A DNA stretch of 63,993 nucleotides, the filler included, from Octopus bimaculoides (taxonomy: Eukaryota): assembly GCF_001194135.2 (NCBI RefSeq). It is 7 parts of 6 records of this genome, joined end to end, with 100 filler letters (N's around TTAATTAATTAA, not from the genome) between each part and the next. Parts side by side here need not be neighbours in the genome. Positions count along the whole stretch, not along the records: positions 44,906 to 62,748 come from NC_068981.1; positions 62,849 to 63,993 come from NW_026326364.1; 5 more parts are not named here. One strand, given 5' to 3'. Of the stretch, positions 52,561-63,993 are shown one piece after another. The notes below the pieces were generated by a model. The model did no database searches. It was not told the origin of the DNA and was given only the letters and a program-made list of their open reading frames with translations. The first letter of the stretch is position 1; each line of letters opens with the position of its first letter. The position numbers were made by a program, and so were the translations under genes.

Positions 52561-53459
52561 CTTTGGCTATATTTTAAGTTCAAACAGGCATGTACGATTG
52601 CCTAGGAGCAATGTTTACTGCTTTCAGCAAGCTTATCTGTGATGATTCCTTCGCAGAATTCTCCTGCTTCTGTTGCATTATGTACTGCATTGATTTGTAT
52701 ACTATTTTTGCTTTGTTCTTGAAAATTTACTTTTGCATTACTTGTTTTGTTTAAAGAATTGTTTTCTATTTACACATTGTCGGTTTCTTTTGTATTCAGT
52801 AAAGAATCTTTAGCTTTTATACCACTGACGTCGATAAAATAAATTAGCAGCCCTGTCCTGTGGTTTGGAAGAGTTGTTGGAGCGTCGGATAGTGTGCTTT
52901 GTGGTATTTGTTATGTATCCTTATGATTTGAGTTCTTGAGTTGCAAACTTAATTCCGTCGCCCTGCTTAACACCACTAAGCTGTCATTGAATTACTTTAG
53001 AGAAGACCACTCTTATGCAAGCACTTGGGTCAAATTTACAATTTGATGATCACTCCTTATACCTTCCCCTACTTATACCAAGTCTAGGCCGACCAGAAAT
53101 GTATAATTTCGTGAGCGCTGCATTTTCATTACATAATTATGCGTAACCTAGGAGAAACTAATGGAATGGGTAAGATCTTGGGGAAAATTTTGTTGAATGT
53201 GGAATTAGAAAAATGCTAGTTGGAAATTTAGAGTCTTTCTCATTAGCTGCTTCAGTTATGAAGTTTTCTGGTTTATATGTAAAGACTGGATGCGGATGTT
53301 ATTTTGGAGTTGGGAGATTTTGCTTTTGGCAATGGTTACCATGTAGACGTTGTAGTCATAAGTAAGGGAATTGCCTTTAATGTTTTATGACTGCGCTGTG
53401 AATTATTTGGAAAATACTGAATATCGAAAAATTAATTTTTCCGCGCACTAAACGATGGT

Positions 53460-54630
53460 CAGTCCAGCTCTCTGCTCTTCTCATGACCCGAACGCTAAAA
53501 ACATATTTCATATCACGTTTTCTGATCAAACTATAATCTATAAGATACTAGTGGTTAGATCTTGGATGCTTCCCGGTGGTTTTATATATATTTCCCTGCT
53601 TAAACAGAGCGTTGGTAATAACCAGACTATTCTCAGTACAAAACGTCGAAAGAGCTACTCCATTTGTATTACATTTTCCAATCCCATGTTGGCCTAAAAC
53701 AGGCCGTGAAACGTAGTCGTTTCCAACTCTTGCGTTGATATCTCCTAATATGACCAGCTTGTCAGAAATGTCCTCAGTAATTGTGCTAGATCGCCACAAA
53801 ACTGTCCTACAGTTTCATCAGAATGAAACTTTATTGGTGCATAAATACTAACAACGGTAAGAAACCTACCTTTTGTCAGTTTTATACGGCATGACATGGT
53901 TCATTCAGATACACTTCTTGGAAATTCTGCAATGGAGGATACTAATGAAATCTTCAGAGCAAACACAGCATCAGATTCCGCGGACCCTCATTTAAGCCTC
54001 TCCAAAAGATAGTATATGAATAAGTAGATTCATATCCAGATAGACGAGTTTCAGAGAGCACAACTATATCAAAGGAATACTTTTTAAGCTCACATGCAAT
54101 AAGTGCAGTACGCCTTTCTGGTCTCTTGTTGAAATTATCAGGAAGTGTCCGCACATTCCAACTACCAGAATTGAAAGGATGCTTATTTTTACTTTTTCTT
54201 GAAGATAGTTTAACCAGAGTGGTAGGATGACGACCGGGCCCAGCATGTGATACACTGGGACACCTGCCGAGCTAGAGCTGATCCCTTGACATTCCCAAGC
54301 CATTTTTGCCATTTACTAAATCTGTTTGAGACATTTTAGAGTAATTTAAAAGTGCATTTTTAGATTTCTGCCAATCAACCAATTCAATGATTTTACTAAG
54401 ATTTGATGTGCAAGAAGTACCTGTGCAGATGAATAATTGTCAGCGGATGTAGGTTGCACTGCACTACTCCCACCTATTAGCCCAAGAAGACTTTCGCCGC
54501 TAACCAGGAACTTCCAAGGTTTTATTTCGGAGATTACCTTCTCCTAGGTAGATTACCAACCAAGGTTAAAGAACTTCTACCTGCCCATGAGGTAAGCTAT
54601 CCCATTCCAGACACCAAACCGACACCCAAA
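53460..54630 (-). mobile_element. RTE (BovB-like) LINE 5' part: UTR plus AP endonuclease
   Basis: MRTL...RPERRTALIACELKKYSFDIVVLSETRL and DKLVILGDINARVG...GQHGIGKCNTNG...LVITNALF...TGKHPRS. Confidence 0.85.
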
Positions 54631-55511
54631 CACTCTTTAAAGTAAATCAAATATTACTCCGGTGTCCGACGCGGAGTAGCTCATTCAACATACATACTTG
54701 TAGTTAAATATGTCAAGTCAAGATTGATGTTTAAGCCCGATCGAACCAATGTTTCAAATGGGTCTAGCCGTTAATATACGTTTTTTCTGGCATACATAGT
54801 TCATCCCATCTAGTATCTCCTTAATGACAGTAGGATATGATACGAGAGAGAACTGACTGTTGAATACAGTTCGTTAAACCAATACCCTGCTTAATATTGT
54901 GTTATAAGATAGTACTTAAAATGTAAGTTAAAACCTTAAATATAATACACTGACAGCCAACTTCATTTCATTTCTATTATGTACTGTTATATTTCAGACA
55001 ACAACTGAATACGATTGCAACATACAGTTTAATATGCCACAACTAAGAAAGAAAACCCTGAAGTAGAATAATATTACGATTTTCTTGTATATATAATTAT
55101 ATATCCTGGAGTTTTAGGAAGTTGTGATCTTCGCACCATTCTCAACAGTACTGGCGACGTAGTCGTCTGTGTGAAACAGCACTAACTACTGAAGAACATA
55201 TTTCACTATGGGGTTTACTTACTTTAATAAGTAGAATTTCATCTATATTATCTTCTCTCTATCACCCTTTTTTCTATCTCTTTCATTATCTATTTCTTTG
55301 TTTCTTTCTCTTCTTTCCTTTATTCATGCTTTCATTATGTCTCACTCTCTTTTTGTTTTCAGTATTGGTTTCCTAATAGAATGAGGAATCTTGCCTAAAG
55401 GAGCAACATATTACTTGTATCATATTTGGAGCTCATAAAATTTTGAAATAGAGAAAGCACGGATCTGCAATTTACACGTACATACATATAAAAATACAAT
55501 ACTTACATGAA

Positions 55512-55551
<40 letters not shown>

Positions 55552-56454
55552 NNNNNNNNNNNNNNNNNNNNNNNNNNNNNNNNNNNNNNNNNNNNNNNNN
55601 NNNNNNNNNNNNNNNNNNNNNNNNNNNNNNNNNNNNNNNNNNNNNNNNNNNNNNNNNNNNNNNNNNNNNNNNNNNNNNNNNNNNNNNNNNNNNNNNNNNN
55701 NNNNNNNNNNNNNNNNNNNNNNNNNNNNNNNNNNNNNNNNNNNNNNNNNNNNNNNNNNNNNNNNNNNNNNNNNNNNNNNNNNNNNNNNNNNNNNNNNNNN
55801 NNNNNNNNNNNNNNNNNNNNNNNNNNNNNNNNNNNNNNNNNNNNNNNNNNNNNNNNNNNNNNNNNNNNNNNNNNNNNNNNNNNNNNNNNNNNNNNNNNNN
55901 NNNNNNNNNNNNNNNNNNNNNNNNNNNNNNNNNNNNNNNNNNNNNNNNNNNNNNNNNNNNNNNNNNNNNNNNNNNNNNNNNNNNNNNNNNNNNNNNNNNN
56001 NNNNNNNNNNNNNNNNNNNNNNNNNNNNNNNNNNNNNNNNNNNNNNNNNNNNNNNNNNNNNNNNNNNNNNNNNNNNNNNNNNNNNNNNNNNNNNNNNNNN
56101 NNNNNNNNNNNNNNNNNNNNNNNNNNNNNNNNNNNNNNNNNNNNNNNNTATATCTATATATATATAGACAGACAGACAGACAGACAGGCAGGCAGACAGT
56201 CACCCAAACATATATACCTGTAGTCAATCAGAAATGCGTACTTACATATATACGTACATACATACGTGTATACATGTATGCAGGCAGTCATCCTCAAATA
56301 CGTACGTCTTTTATTCTTAATTTCGAACAACTTGTAAAATTTGCTGCTAGAACTGTACAGTTGCTCGGTGTGCAAACGCAATTATAGAATTATCATTAAT
56401 CTTCAGTGACAGTGGTTCGATCAGCTTCATTGTACATTTTCTTTCTTTCATCAT

Positions 56455-56877
56455 ATCATCATCATCATCATCCTCGTCGTCGTCGCCGTCCTCCTCGTTC
56501 TCCTCGTCCTCCTCCTTCTGCTCTCACACCTTCTCCCGCACTTCCGTCTCCTCCTCCTGCTCTTCCGTCTCCTCCTCCTACTTCACCTCATCTTCGTCCT
56601 TCTGCTGCTGCTGCTTTCCTCCTCCTCTTTCTACCTCCTCTTCTTCCTTCTCCTCCTTCTTCTTCCTTCTCCTCGCTCTCTTCCTCCTCCTCCCTCTTTT
56701 CCTCCTCGTTCTCTTCCTCCTCCCCGTTCTCTTCATCCTCCTCGTTCACTTCCTCCTCCTCGTTCACTTCCTCCTCCTCGTTTTCTTCCTCCTCCTCCTT
56801 CTCTTCCTCCCTTTCGTTCTCTTCCTCCTCCTCCTTCTCTTCCTCCTTCTCTTCCTCCTTCTCTTCCTCCTTCTCTT
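56455..56877. repeat. C/T low-complexity tract
   Basis: (CCT/CTT/TCT)n with 12-18-nt units; yields spurious poly-Ser and poly-Glu ORFs. Confidence 0.9.
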
Positions 56878-57697
56878 NNNNNNNNNNNNNNNNNNNNNNN
56901 NNNNNNNNNNNNNNNNNNNNNNNNNNNNNNNNNNNNNNNNNNNNNNNNNNNNNNNNNNNNNNNNNNNNNNNNNNNNNNNNNNNNNNNNNNNNNNNNNNNN
57001 NNNNNNNNNNNNNNNNNNNNNNNNNNNNNNNNNNNNNNNNNNNNNNNNNNNNNNNNNNNNNNNNNNNNNNNNNNNNNNNNNNNNNNNNNNNNNNNNNNNN
57101 NNNNNNNNNNNNNNNNNNNNNNNNNNNNNNNNNNNNNNNNNNNNNNNNNNNNNNNNNNNNNNNNNNNNNNNNNNNNNNNNNNNNNNNNNNNNNNNNNNNN
57201 NNNNNNNNNNNNNNNNNNNNNNNNNNNNNNNNNNNNNNNNNNNNNNNNNNNNNNNNNNNNNNNNNNNNNNNNNNNNNNNNNNNNNNNNNNNNNNNNNNNN
57301 NNNNNNNNNNNNNNNNNNNNNNNNNNNNNNNNNNNNNNNNNNNNNNNNNNNNNNNNNNNNNNNNNNNNNNNNNNNNNNNNNNNNNNNNNNNNNNNNNNNN
57401 NNNNNNNNNNNNNNNNNNNNNNNNNNNNNNNNNNNNNNNNNNNNNNNNNNNNNNNNNNNNNNNNNNNNNNNNNNNNNNNNNNNNNNNNNNNNNNNNNNNN
57501 NNNNNNNNNNNNNNNNNNNNNNNNNNNNNNNNNNNNNNNNNNNNNNNNNNNNNNNNNNNNNNNNNNNNNNNNNNNNNNNNNNNNNNNNNNNNNNNNNNNN
57601 NNNNNNNNNNNNNNNNNNTATCATAATCACCAATACTAATATCCCGACAACCACCTCCTAAACAATTTGTCACCATCACAACAACCATTATAATCCG

Positions 57698-57740
<43 letters not shown>

Positions 57741-58368
57741 GTCGTCGTCGTCGTCGTCGTCGTCATCACCAGAACCCTCCTACTCTTGCTCCCTTCAGCG
57801 TCGCCGTCGTTATCGATATAATTGTAAATGACGCGATCACCCGTTTACTTGCTCATACCGGCGTTTACAAGCGACATTTTGTTTTCTTGCTGTACATATG
57901 TTTTAAAACGTTGTAGGTGCAGCAAATAACAATAGAAAAAGAATGTTAAATCTAGGTGAACAATAAAATATGCTCTATACTAATCTAGATTTCGAACATA
58001 AAAAAACATATTCTTTAACACGAATGCTCCAACATACAGTTGTTCCGATGTCTCAGTATGAAAATGTATAAATAATTTAGCAGAAATTTCGAGAACGCCA
58101 AATATGGAACATTTTTGACTAGCACTTATGATTTGTTAACAGCGTACCCCTACAATAATATATGGGTGCCTGAGTATATGTGTGTATATTTAAATACATA
58201 TATACGCCTGTGTGTTGGTGTATCTATCATATATATTTATACATATATGCATGTGTATATATATATGTGTGTGTGTATGTGTGTGTGTGTGTGTGTATTT
58301 ATATATATGTATGTGTATGTATATGTATATATATATGTGTGTGTATGTATAAATATATNNNNNNNNNN

Positions 58369-58435
<67 letters not shown>

Positions 58436-59081
58436 TATAATGCTATTATAATATCTATCTATATGTCTCTCTCTGTGTCTCGCTACACACACACACACAC
58501 GCATATATACACGCGTTTTGGTTTGTTTTACTATAACAGCCTGGGCCATGTTGGAGCACTCCCTTCATGTACGTGTGTGTGTGTGTGTGTGTGTATGTGA
58601 GTCTGTGCGTTTATTATCATTTCTTTTACCTTTTTTTATGTTCTTTTCCTCTAAATATCGCCCAGTAAAGAAAGAGAGGAATGAAAAATGAAATACGAAA
58701 TGCAAAAAAAAAATAAAATAAAAAGAAAGAAAGAAAGAAAGAAAAAGAAAATGCTAGTATCGTATCAACGAGACGAGAATAAAGGCAGCACTGGCAGCTA
58801 TATGTAAGTAACTTACACAGATGTTAAGTTTCTCGCTTATATAGTTACCTTATCTCTTTCAATAAACTATTATATTCCTTTGCCAACATGTAAGTGAAAT
58901 TAACGGTTCTAGAAGGCGACCAGCTTGCGGGTAATTATGACTTCTTAAGTTGCAAATAATCTACCGTTCAATGAATATTGCTACAAGCTATGTAGGCATC
59001 AAACATTTTCACTTTTGCAATATGGTATATCAAAAGTTGCTAAATAGAAAAAAAAAATCATATACATACATACATACCTAC

Positions 59082-59156
<75 letters not shown>

Positions 59157-60524
59157 ATGATATATGCGGGAAAGATTGAGATGAAAAAGTATAATTCGTA
59201 GCCTATAAAAACAGTATAAAAATGCTTTGATCTCTTCATCAAAGACAGAAAAATTTTTGCTGCACTTCATAGATTTGTTCGATCGATAAAAGAAAAAAAA
59301 TGTTGGAGTCGAGATGTACATAAAAAAAAAATCAATCAACACTGAATTATTACATATAAGTTCATTATCCATAAGTGTTGATATATACCTTAGAAATAAT
59401 ATTTAAGTAATGCGAAGAGAGGGAAATTATTTTCTGTTTTTTTACTTTTCTGTCGTCTTTTTTTTTTTTTTAATGTATTTTCACTTTTTGGCAAAAAGGC
59501 AGAATATGTTTTGAATTTACTCAGCTTAACATATCAGCGGTCTAGTTATCTTCTATAATTCCCTCAGTACTTGTTTAGCTTCATTTCTGTACAGAAGGAT
59601 AATTTGTACTCGTTTTTTTCTCCCTAACTTTCTTTTCTGTCTATTTAGTTCTGTTGAAAGGAATTGCGTGTTCTTTCTACTCCTTTGGTGTTAGAAAGAT
59701 AAATCAAGAAGTGAAAATAAAATAAAAAAGAAACGTGCCTAAAAAATATAAAACTTCATAAAAAAAAATGTTGCCCATTCAATGAAATTTGCTCATGAAA
59801 GTTTTCACATATATAAAAATTTCCTCTAAAGTCTCGTGACGGTTATACCAATTTCCAAAATAATAACTGAAGCATAGAATATCAAAATCTGTTTTTCTTT
59901 GTAGAAAATGAAGCCGAGTTAAACTTAAGATTTAGACGTAAGTTTCAAACTCTATTAAATTTCAGAATTTTGTAAACTTTAAATGTGTGAATATTATTTC
60001 ATAATTGATAAATTTCTTGGTGTGGCTCTTTGGTAAGAAGCTCGCTTTCCATTCACATGTTTTCGGGTCCAGTATCACTGTATGACATCCTGGGCCGGTT
60101 TTCTTCTACTTTCGCCTCGAGTCGACCAAAGCCTTATGAGTGGAAATCGTAGATGGAAACTGAAAGAAACCTGTCGTGTGCGTACATCTTTGTGTTTGTC
60201 CCTCACCACAGCTTGACAACTGGTATTGGTGTGTTGACGTCCCTGTAACATAGTGGTTCGGCAAAACAGAACAATACCATAAGTACAAAGCTTTAAAAAA
60301 TATATATATATATTGAGGCAGATTCATTCGGCAAGAAATTCTTCAAGGCGGTGCCCCAGCAGGGCCACAGTCTAACGACTAAGACAAGTAAAAGATAACT
60401 AGTATAGGCGACAGCTTGGTTTACACGGTTAAAGAAAAGCATGTACGTGCATTCATATGTTAACAAAAACTGCGTTAAACAATAAGTTTACAAATTGTTT
60501 ACCTCTACTCTAGCNNNNNNNNNN

Positions 60525-60558
<34 letters not shown>

Positions 60559-61473
60559 CATATACATACACACATATACAAACACACATTTACATACACA
60601 CATATACATACACAATATATATACACACATATATATACATTTATAAATATATATACATATATATACGGAAATATGCATACATATAAATGTGTATAAATAT
60701 ATATATATACATATATATATATGCACATATATGCATATATATATACATACACATACATATATGTAAACATATGTATATATATATATACAGGAAAAATATA
60801 CAGGGTAGGAAAATTATAGAAATCTTTCTACCAGTGGCATAGCATGCAGAAAATAGTCCAATAGACTATGTATTATTCATATAAAATTAATGTACATTTA
60901 AACACATGAGAGATGCCCTGACAGGACACCTATCATGCAAGAAGGACCAGTCAAAATCCAGACCACGGTCAGAGATCATTTCGAAGGGAATGAAACATGA
61001 AAACATTTACCATATTTTGTTTACCGGACCNNNNNNNNNNNNNNNNNNNNNNNNNNNNNNNNNNNNNNNNNNNNNNNNNNNNNNNNNNNNNNNNNNNNNN
61101 NNNNNNNNNNNNNNNNNNNNNNNNNNNNNNNNNNNNNNNNNNNNNNNNNNNNNNNNNNNNNNNNNNNNNNNNNNNNNNNNNNNNNNNNNNNNNNNNNNNN
61201 NNNNNNNNNNNNNNNNNNNNNNNNNNNNNNNNNNNNNNNNNNNNNNNNNNNNNNNNNNNNNNNNNNNNNNNNNNNNNNNNNNNNNNNNNNNNNNNNNNNN
61301 NNNNNNNNNNNNNNNNNNNNNNNNNNNNNNNNNNNNNNNNNNNNNNNNNNNNNNNNNNNNNNNNNNNNNNNNNNNNNNNNNNNNNNNNNNNNNNNNNNNN
61401 NNNNNNNNNNNNNNNNNNNNNNNNNNNNNNNNNNNNNNNNNNNNNNNNNNNNNNNNNNNNNNNNNNNNNNNNN

Positions 61474-61504
<31 letters not shown>

Positions 61505-61516
<12 letters not shown>

Positions 61517-62340
61517 TGGGGCTCTCGACAGGAAGCGCTCCAGTTTTGATTTGAAAACACCTACACCCACTCTGTGTCGGTCCCTGAAGGTTTTTGGGAG
61601 AATATTAAAAAGCTGTGGGCACTTGAAACCCAGTCTGTTGCAGTAACTGTTCTTCCTGAAGCGCGATGGCATTGCTGGTATCTTTGGCACTGTTCACTGT
61701 CGACCCGTTGTGACACTGGTGTAGCTTTCAATGCCAAAATTTGGCACAATTCATTCCAGGATCTTCCAGATGTATATTACTGCATACCTCTCCCGCCATC
61801 ACTCTGGGGAATAGTCTTAGCTATTTCAGCTAATGTCGGCGTCACTTTCACATCATGAACGATGTCTATATTGTTCGTGAAGCAGAGATCCAAAATGTTA
61901 TTCGCCCGCGTTGGTTTGAGTGCAACTGGCTCCATGTATAGGACAGTGGTGTGGTTGAGCAGGGATTCCACCTGTGCTTGTTTGCAATGAGTCATTCCTG
62001 AGAGCATGAGACGATCGGGGCATTTGACATTGGGGAAGTAGAAATCTTGCATAAGAAATACGCTCACGTGCTGTTCTAGTTTCATAATGATTTCTTTAAT
62101 TCTTGTCAGGCAATCTTCAAACTTGCCAATGTGGTTTAGCGCATCCGGTGGGCGATATGTATTGCATATGACTATATTGTGTTGTCTTATGTATGCAATT
62201 AGAGTGTCACTTACTGAATTTGTGTATGACAGTAAGCCATAGGGTGTGAGGTCATCACGGGTGTATACGGCACCTTCACCATGGCTCCTTTCCCTTCTGT
62301 CTGTTCACAGCATGGCATGTTTTAGTACTGTATAGTATAC
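61505..62340 (-). mobile_element. CR1-like LINE: AP endonuclease joined directly to the ORF2 C-terminus
   Basis: APE motifs (TYRPPD-like, FLMQDFYFP, PTRANNILDLCFTNN) at ~61840-62340, then YAVIYIWKILE and NRLGFKCPQLFNILPK...FKSKLERFLSRAPD at ~61505-61790. Confidence 0.75.
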
Positions 62341-62539
62341 CTTGGTATATAATGTATATTTTGTTTTCGTCTTTATTGCCATACACATTCGCAAGCTTTC
62401 TTACAAAGGGGTCTAATGCTCTTAGCTTCGACTTTTGCGGGACAACCAGATCGAACCATCTCAAGTGTAACTGTCCGAAATGGTCGTGACTTCTGGTACT
62501 TGACTAATGAAAGTCAATAATAATAACAATAACAATAAC

Positions 62540-62591
<52 letters not shown>

Positions 62592-63239
62592 GCAAAACAC
62601 GAGGACAAACGTAACATGCCCGGCAAAAACGAAGTAAACAAAAAACAACAAACCCAGACCGTAGAGATGTATAATAGTGTACAAAAAGCACCAATCCAGA
62701 ACACCACAGACAAACATATGAATGAAAAGGAAGGCAAAACAAATATAANNNNNNNNNNNNNNNNNNNNNNNNNNNNNNNNNNNNNNNNNNNNTTAATTAA
62801 TTAANNNNNNNNNNNNNNNNNNNNNNNNNNNNNNNNNNNNNNNNNNNNAGCATTAACATTTAGGAAAAATTTAGGAAAATGCTGTGAACCGGCAAAAGGT
62901 TAACATATTTAATGGTGTGAGTTAATTAGAAATAAGCATGGCACTTCAAAAAATGATATTAGCTTAATAACCAATTTTTTTCTTATCCTTTTGGAAAGAA
63001 TAGTAGACAGCTCCAAACATGGTTTGGTCTTAGTTGTAGAATCTTCACCATAACTGCCAAACTACTTGATGTAAATTTGACATTGGGCATTGGTGTTTAC
63101 AGTTCCAACATGGGATTTTTCTCATCCCAAATGCAGAAACTGAGCAATAGCTAAGATGGACATAAAACATGTAATGAAATCAATGACTTAAAATAAATGT
63201 ATAACCACAAGTAACAAAAGACTATAGAGAGATACTTAC

Positions 63240-63419
63240 CTGCAATCCAATCTACTGCAATGCCCCTTACAAAAAGACGTCCACCATCTGATTGGAGCAA
63301 AAACTGAAAATCAGAGCCATTCTGTCTCCTTCTACAAAGGTTCATGTATCTCCCAAATTGTGCTACATAGTAAATGTATTTTTCCTCCACCAGGACATCA
63401 ATGTAGCTTATATAGTGAA
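63240..63419 (-). CDS. Internal exon of an LDL-receptor-related protein (YWTD beta-propeller)
   Basis: Acceptor tctgtcttttgcaactatAG|, donor GCAG|GTaagt, 180 nt, phase 1-1: HYISYIDVLVEEKYIYYVAQFGRYMNLCRRRQNGSDFQFLLQSDGGRLFVRGIAVDWIA(G); GIAVDW directly precedes the NLYWTD motif in LRP1/LRP2-type receptors. Confidence 0.85.
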
Positions 63420-63993
63420 CTATAGTTGCAAAAGACAGAATGATTTATAAATACATGGCATGCTACAAGTTATATGATTTAATAGAGAATATTCTGGGTG
63501 GATTATTTACACGTGGAGGAAATGAATCATTGCAACTTCCATGATTTTCCCTCAGAGAATCAATCACACGGTTGGAAAGAAAACTGATTCAATCAGTAAG
63601 AATTATTTTGTTGGAGTTTACTTTTACAATATTCAATTTTATTGAACTGTCCTTCAATCACACTTTAGCTGGAATTTTCAGAGTTTTGCAAATTTGTATT
63701 CTACTCATGGGTATTCATATATGTATGTATATAAACTATATGTGTATATAACTACTCTGTGTGNNNNNNNNNNTCATATATGTATGTATATAAACTATAT
63801 GTGTATATAACTACTCTGTGTGTAGTGACTTCATTTGTCTCATGGTCACATAGTAGAATTCAAGCACTTGGCTATAGTAATCTTCAATGAATTTTGTACT
63901 TCTTGGACAAGCAAAATGCAAGGTGGGCAGGTAGTGTGTTATGTAATATGGGATGTCATAAATACTTCGTCTGTAATCGTAAAAAAGCATTTA

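Noticed and set aside
54420-54620. HDV-like or twister ribozyme in the RTE 5'UTR (GGCTAAT motif)
   Set aside because: Could not build P3/L3/P1.1 by hand and no twister core found; an Infernal search would be needed.
63712-63822. ~50-bp direct duplication
   Set aside because: Copies flank a 10-N gap; typical unmerged contig overlap.

Overview
AT-rich, microsatellite-dense eukaryotic (animal) genomic DNA. The recurring tRNA-headed SINE families and overall repeat content look like an octopus/coleoid cephalopod genome (inference from memory, no database search). The window is not one natural locus: six artificial 100-nt joins (44 N + TTAATTAATTAA + 44 N) split it into seven segments. Almost all ORFs in the supplied track are microsatellite, gap or TE artefacts. 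Supported host coding sequence is limited to one minus-strand LDL-receptor-family (YWTD beta-propeller) exon at 63240-63419 and two spliced minus-strand exons of an unidentified gene (10181-10289, 8138-8488). The rest is a TE graveyard: several mariners and MITEs, a Chapaev-like transposase fragment, RTE, CR1, Tx1/L1, CRE, R4/Dong and Penelope-like fragments, and at least five SINE families. The most striking signal is RNA-level: two near-canonical minimal type-I hammerhead ribozyme motifs (11677-11733, 47990-48046, both minus strand), one decayed one, and a complete hammerhead core whose three strands occur in a non-circularly permuted order (41431-41490) inside a 763-nt direct repeat. All folds were derived by hand; no activity is demonstrated. 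TE/SINE boundaries are approximate.
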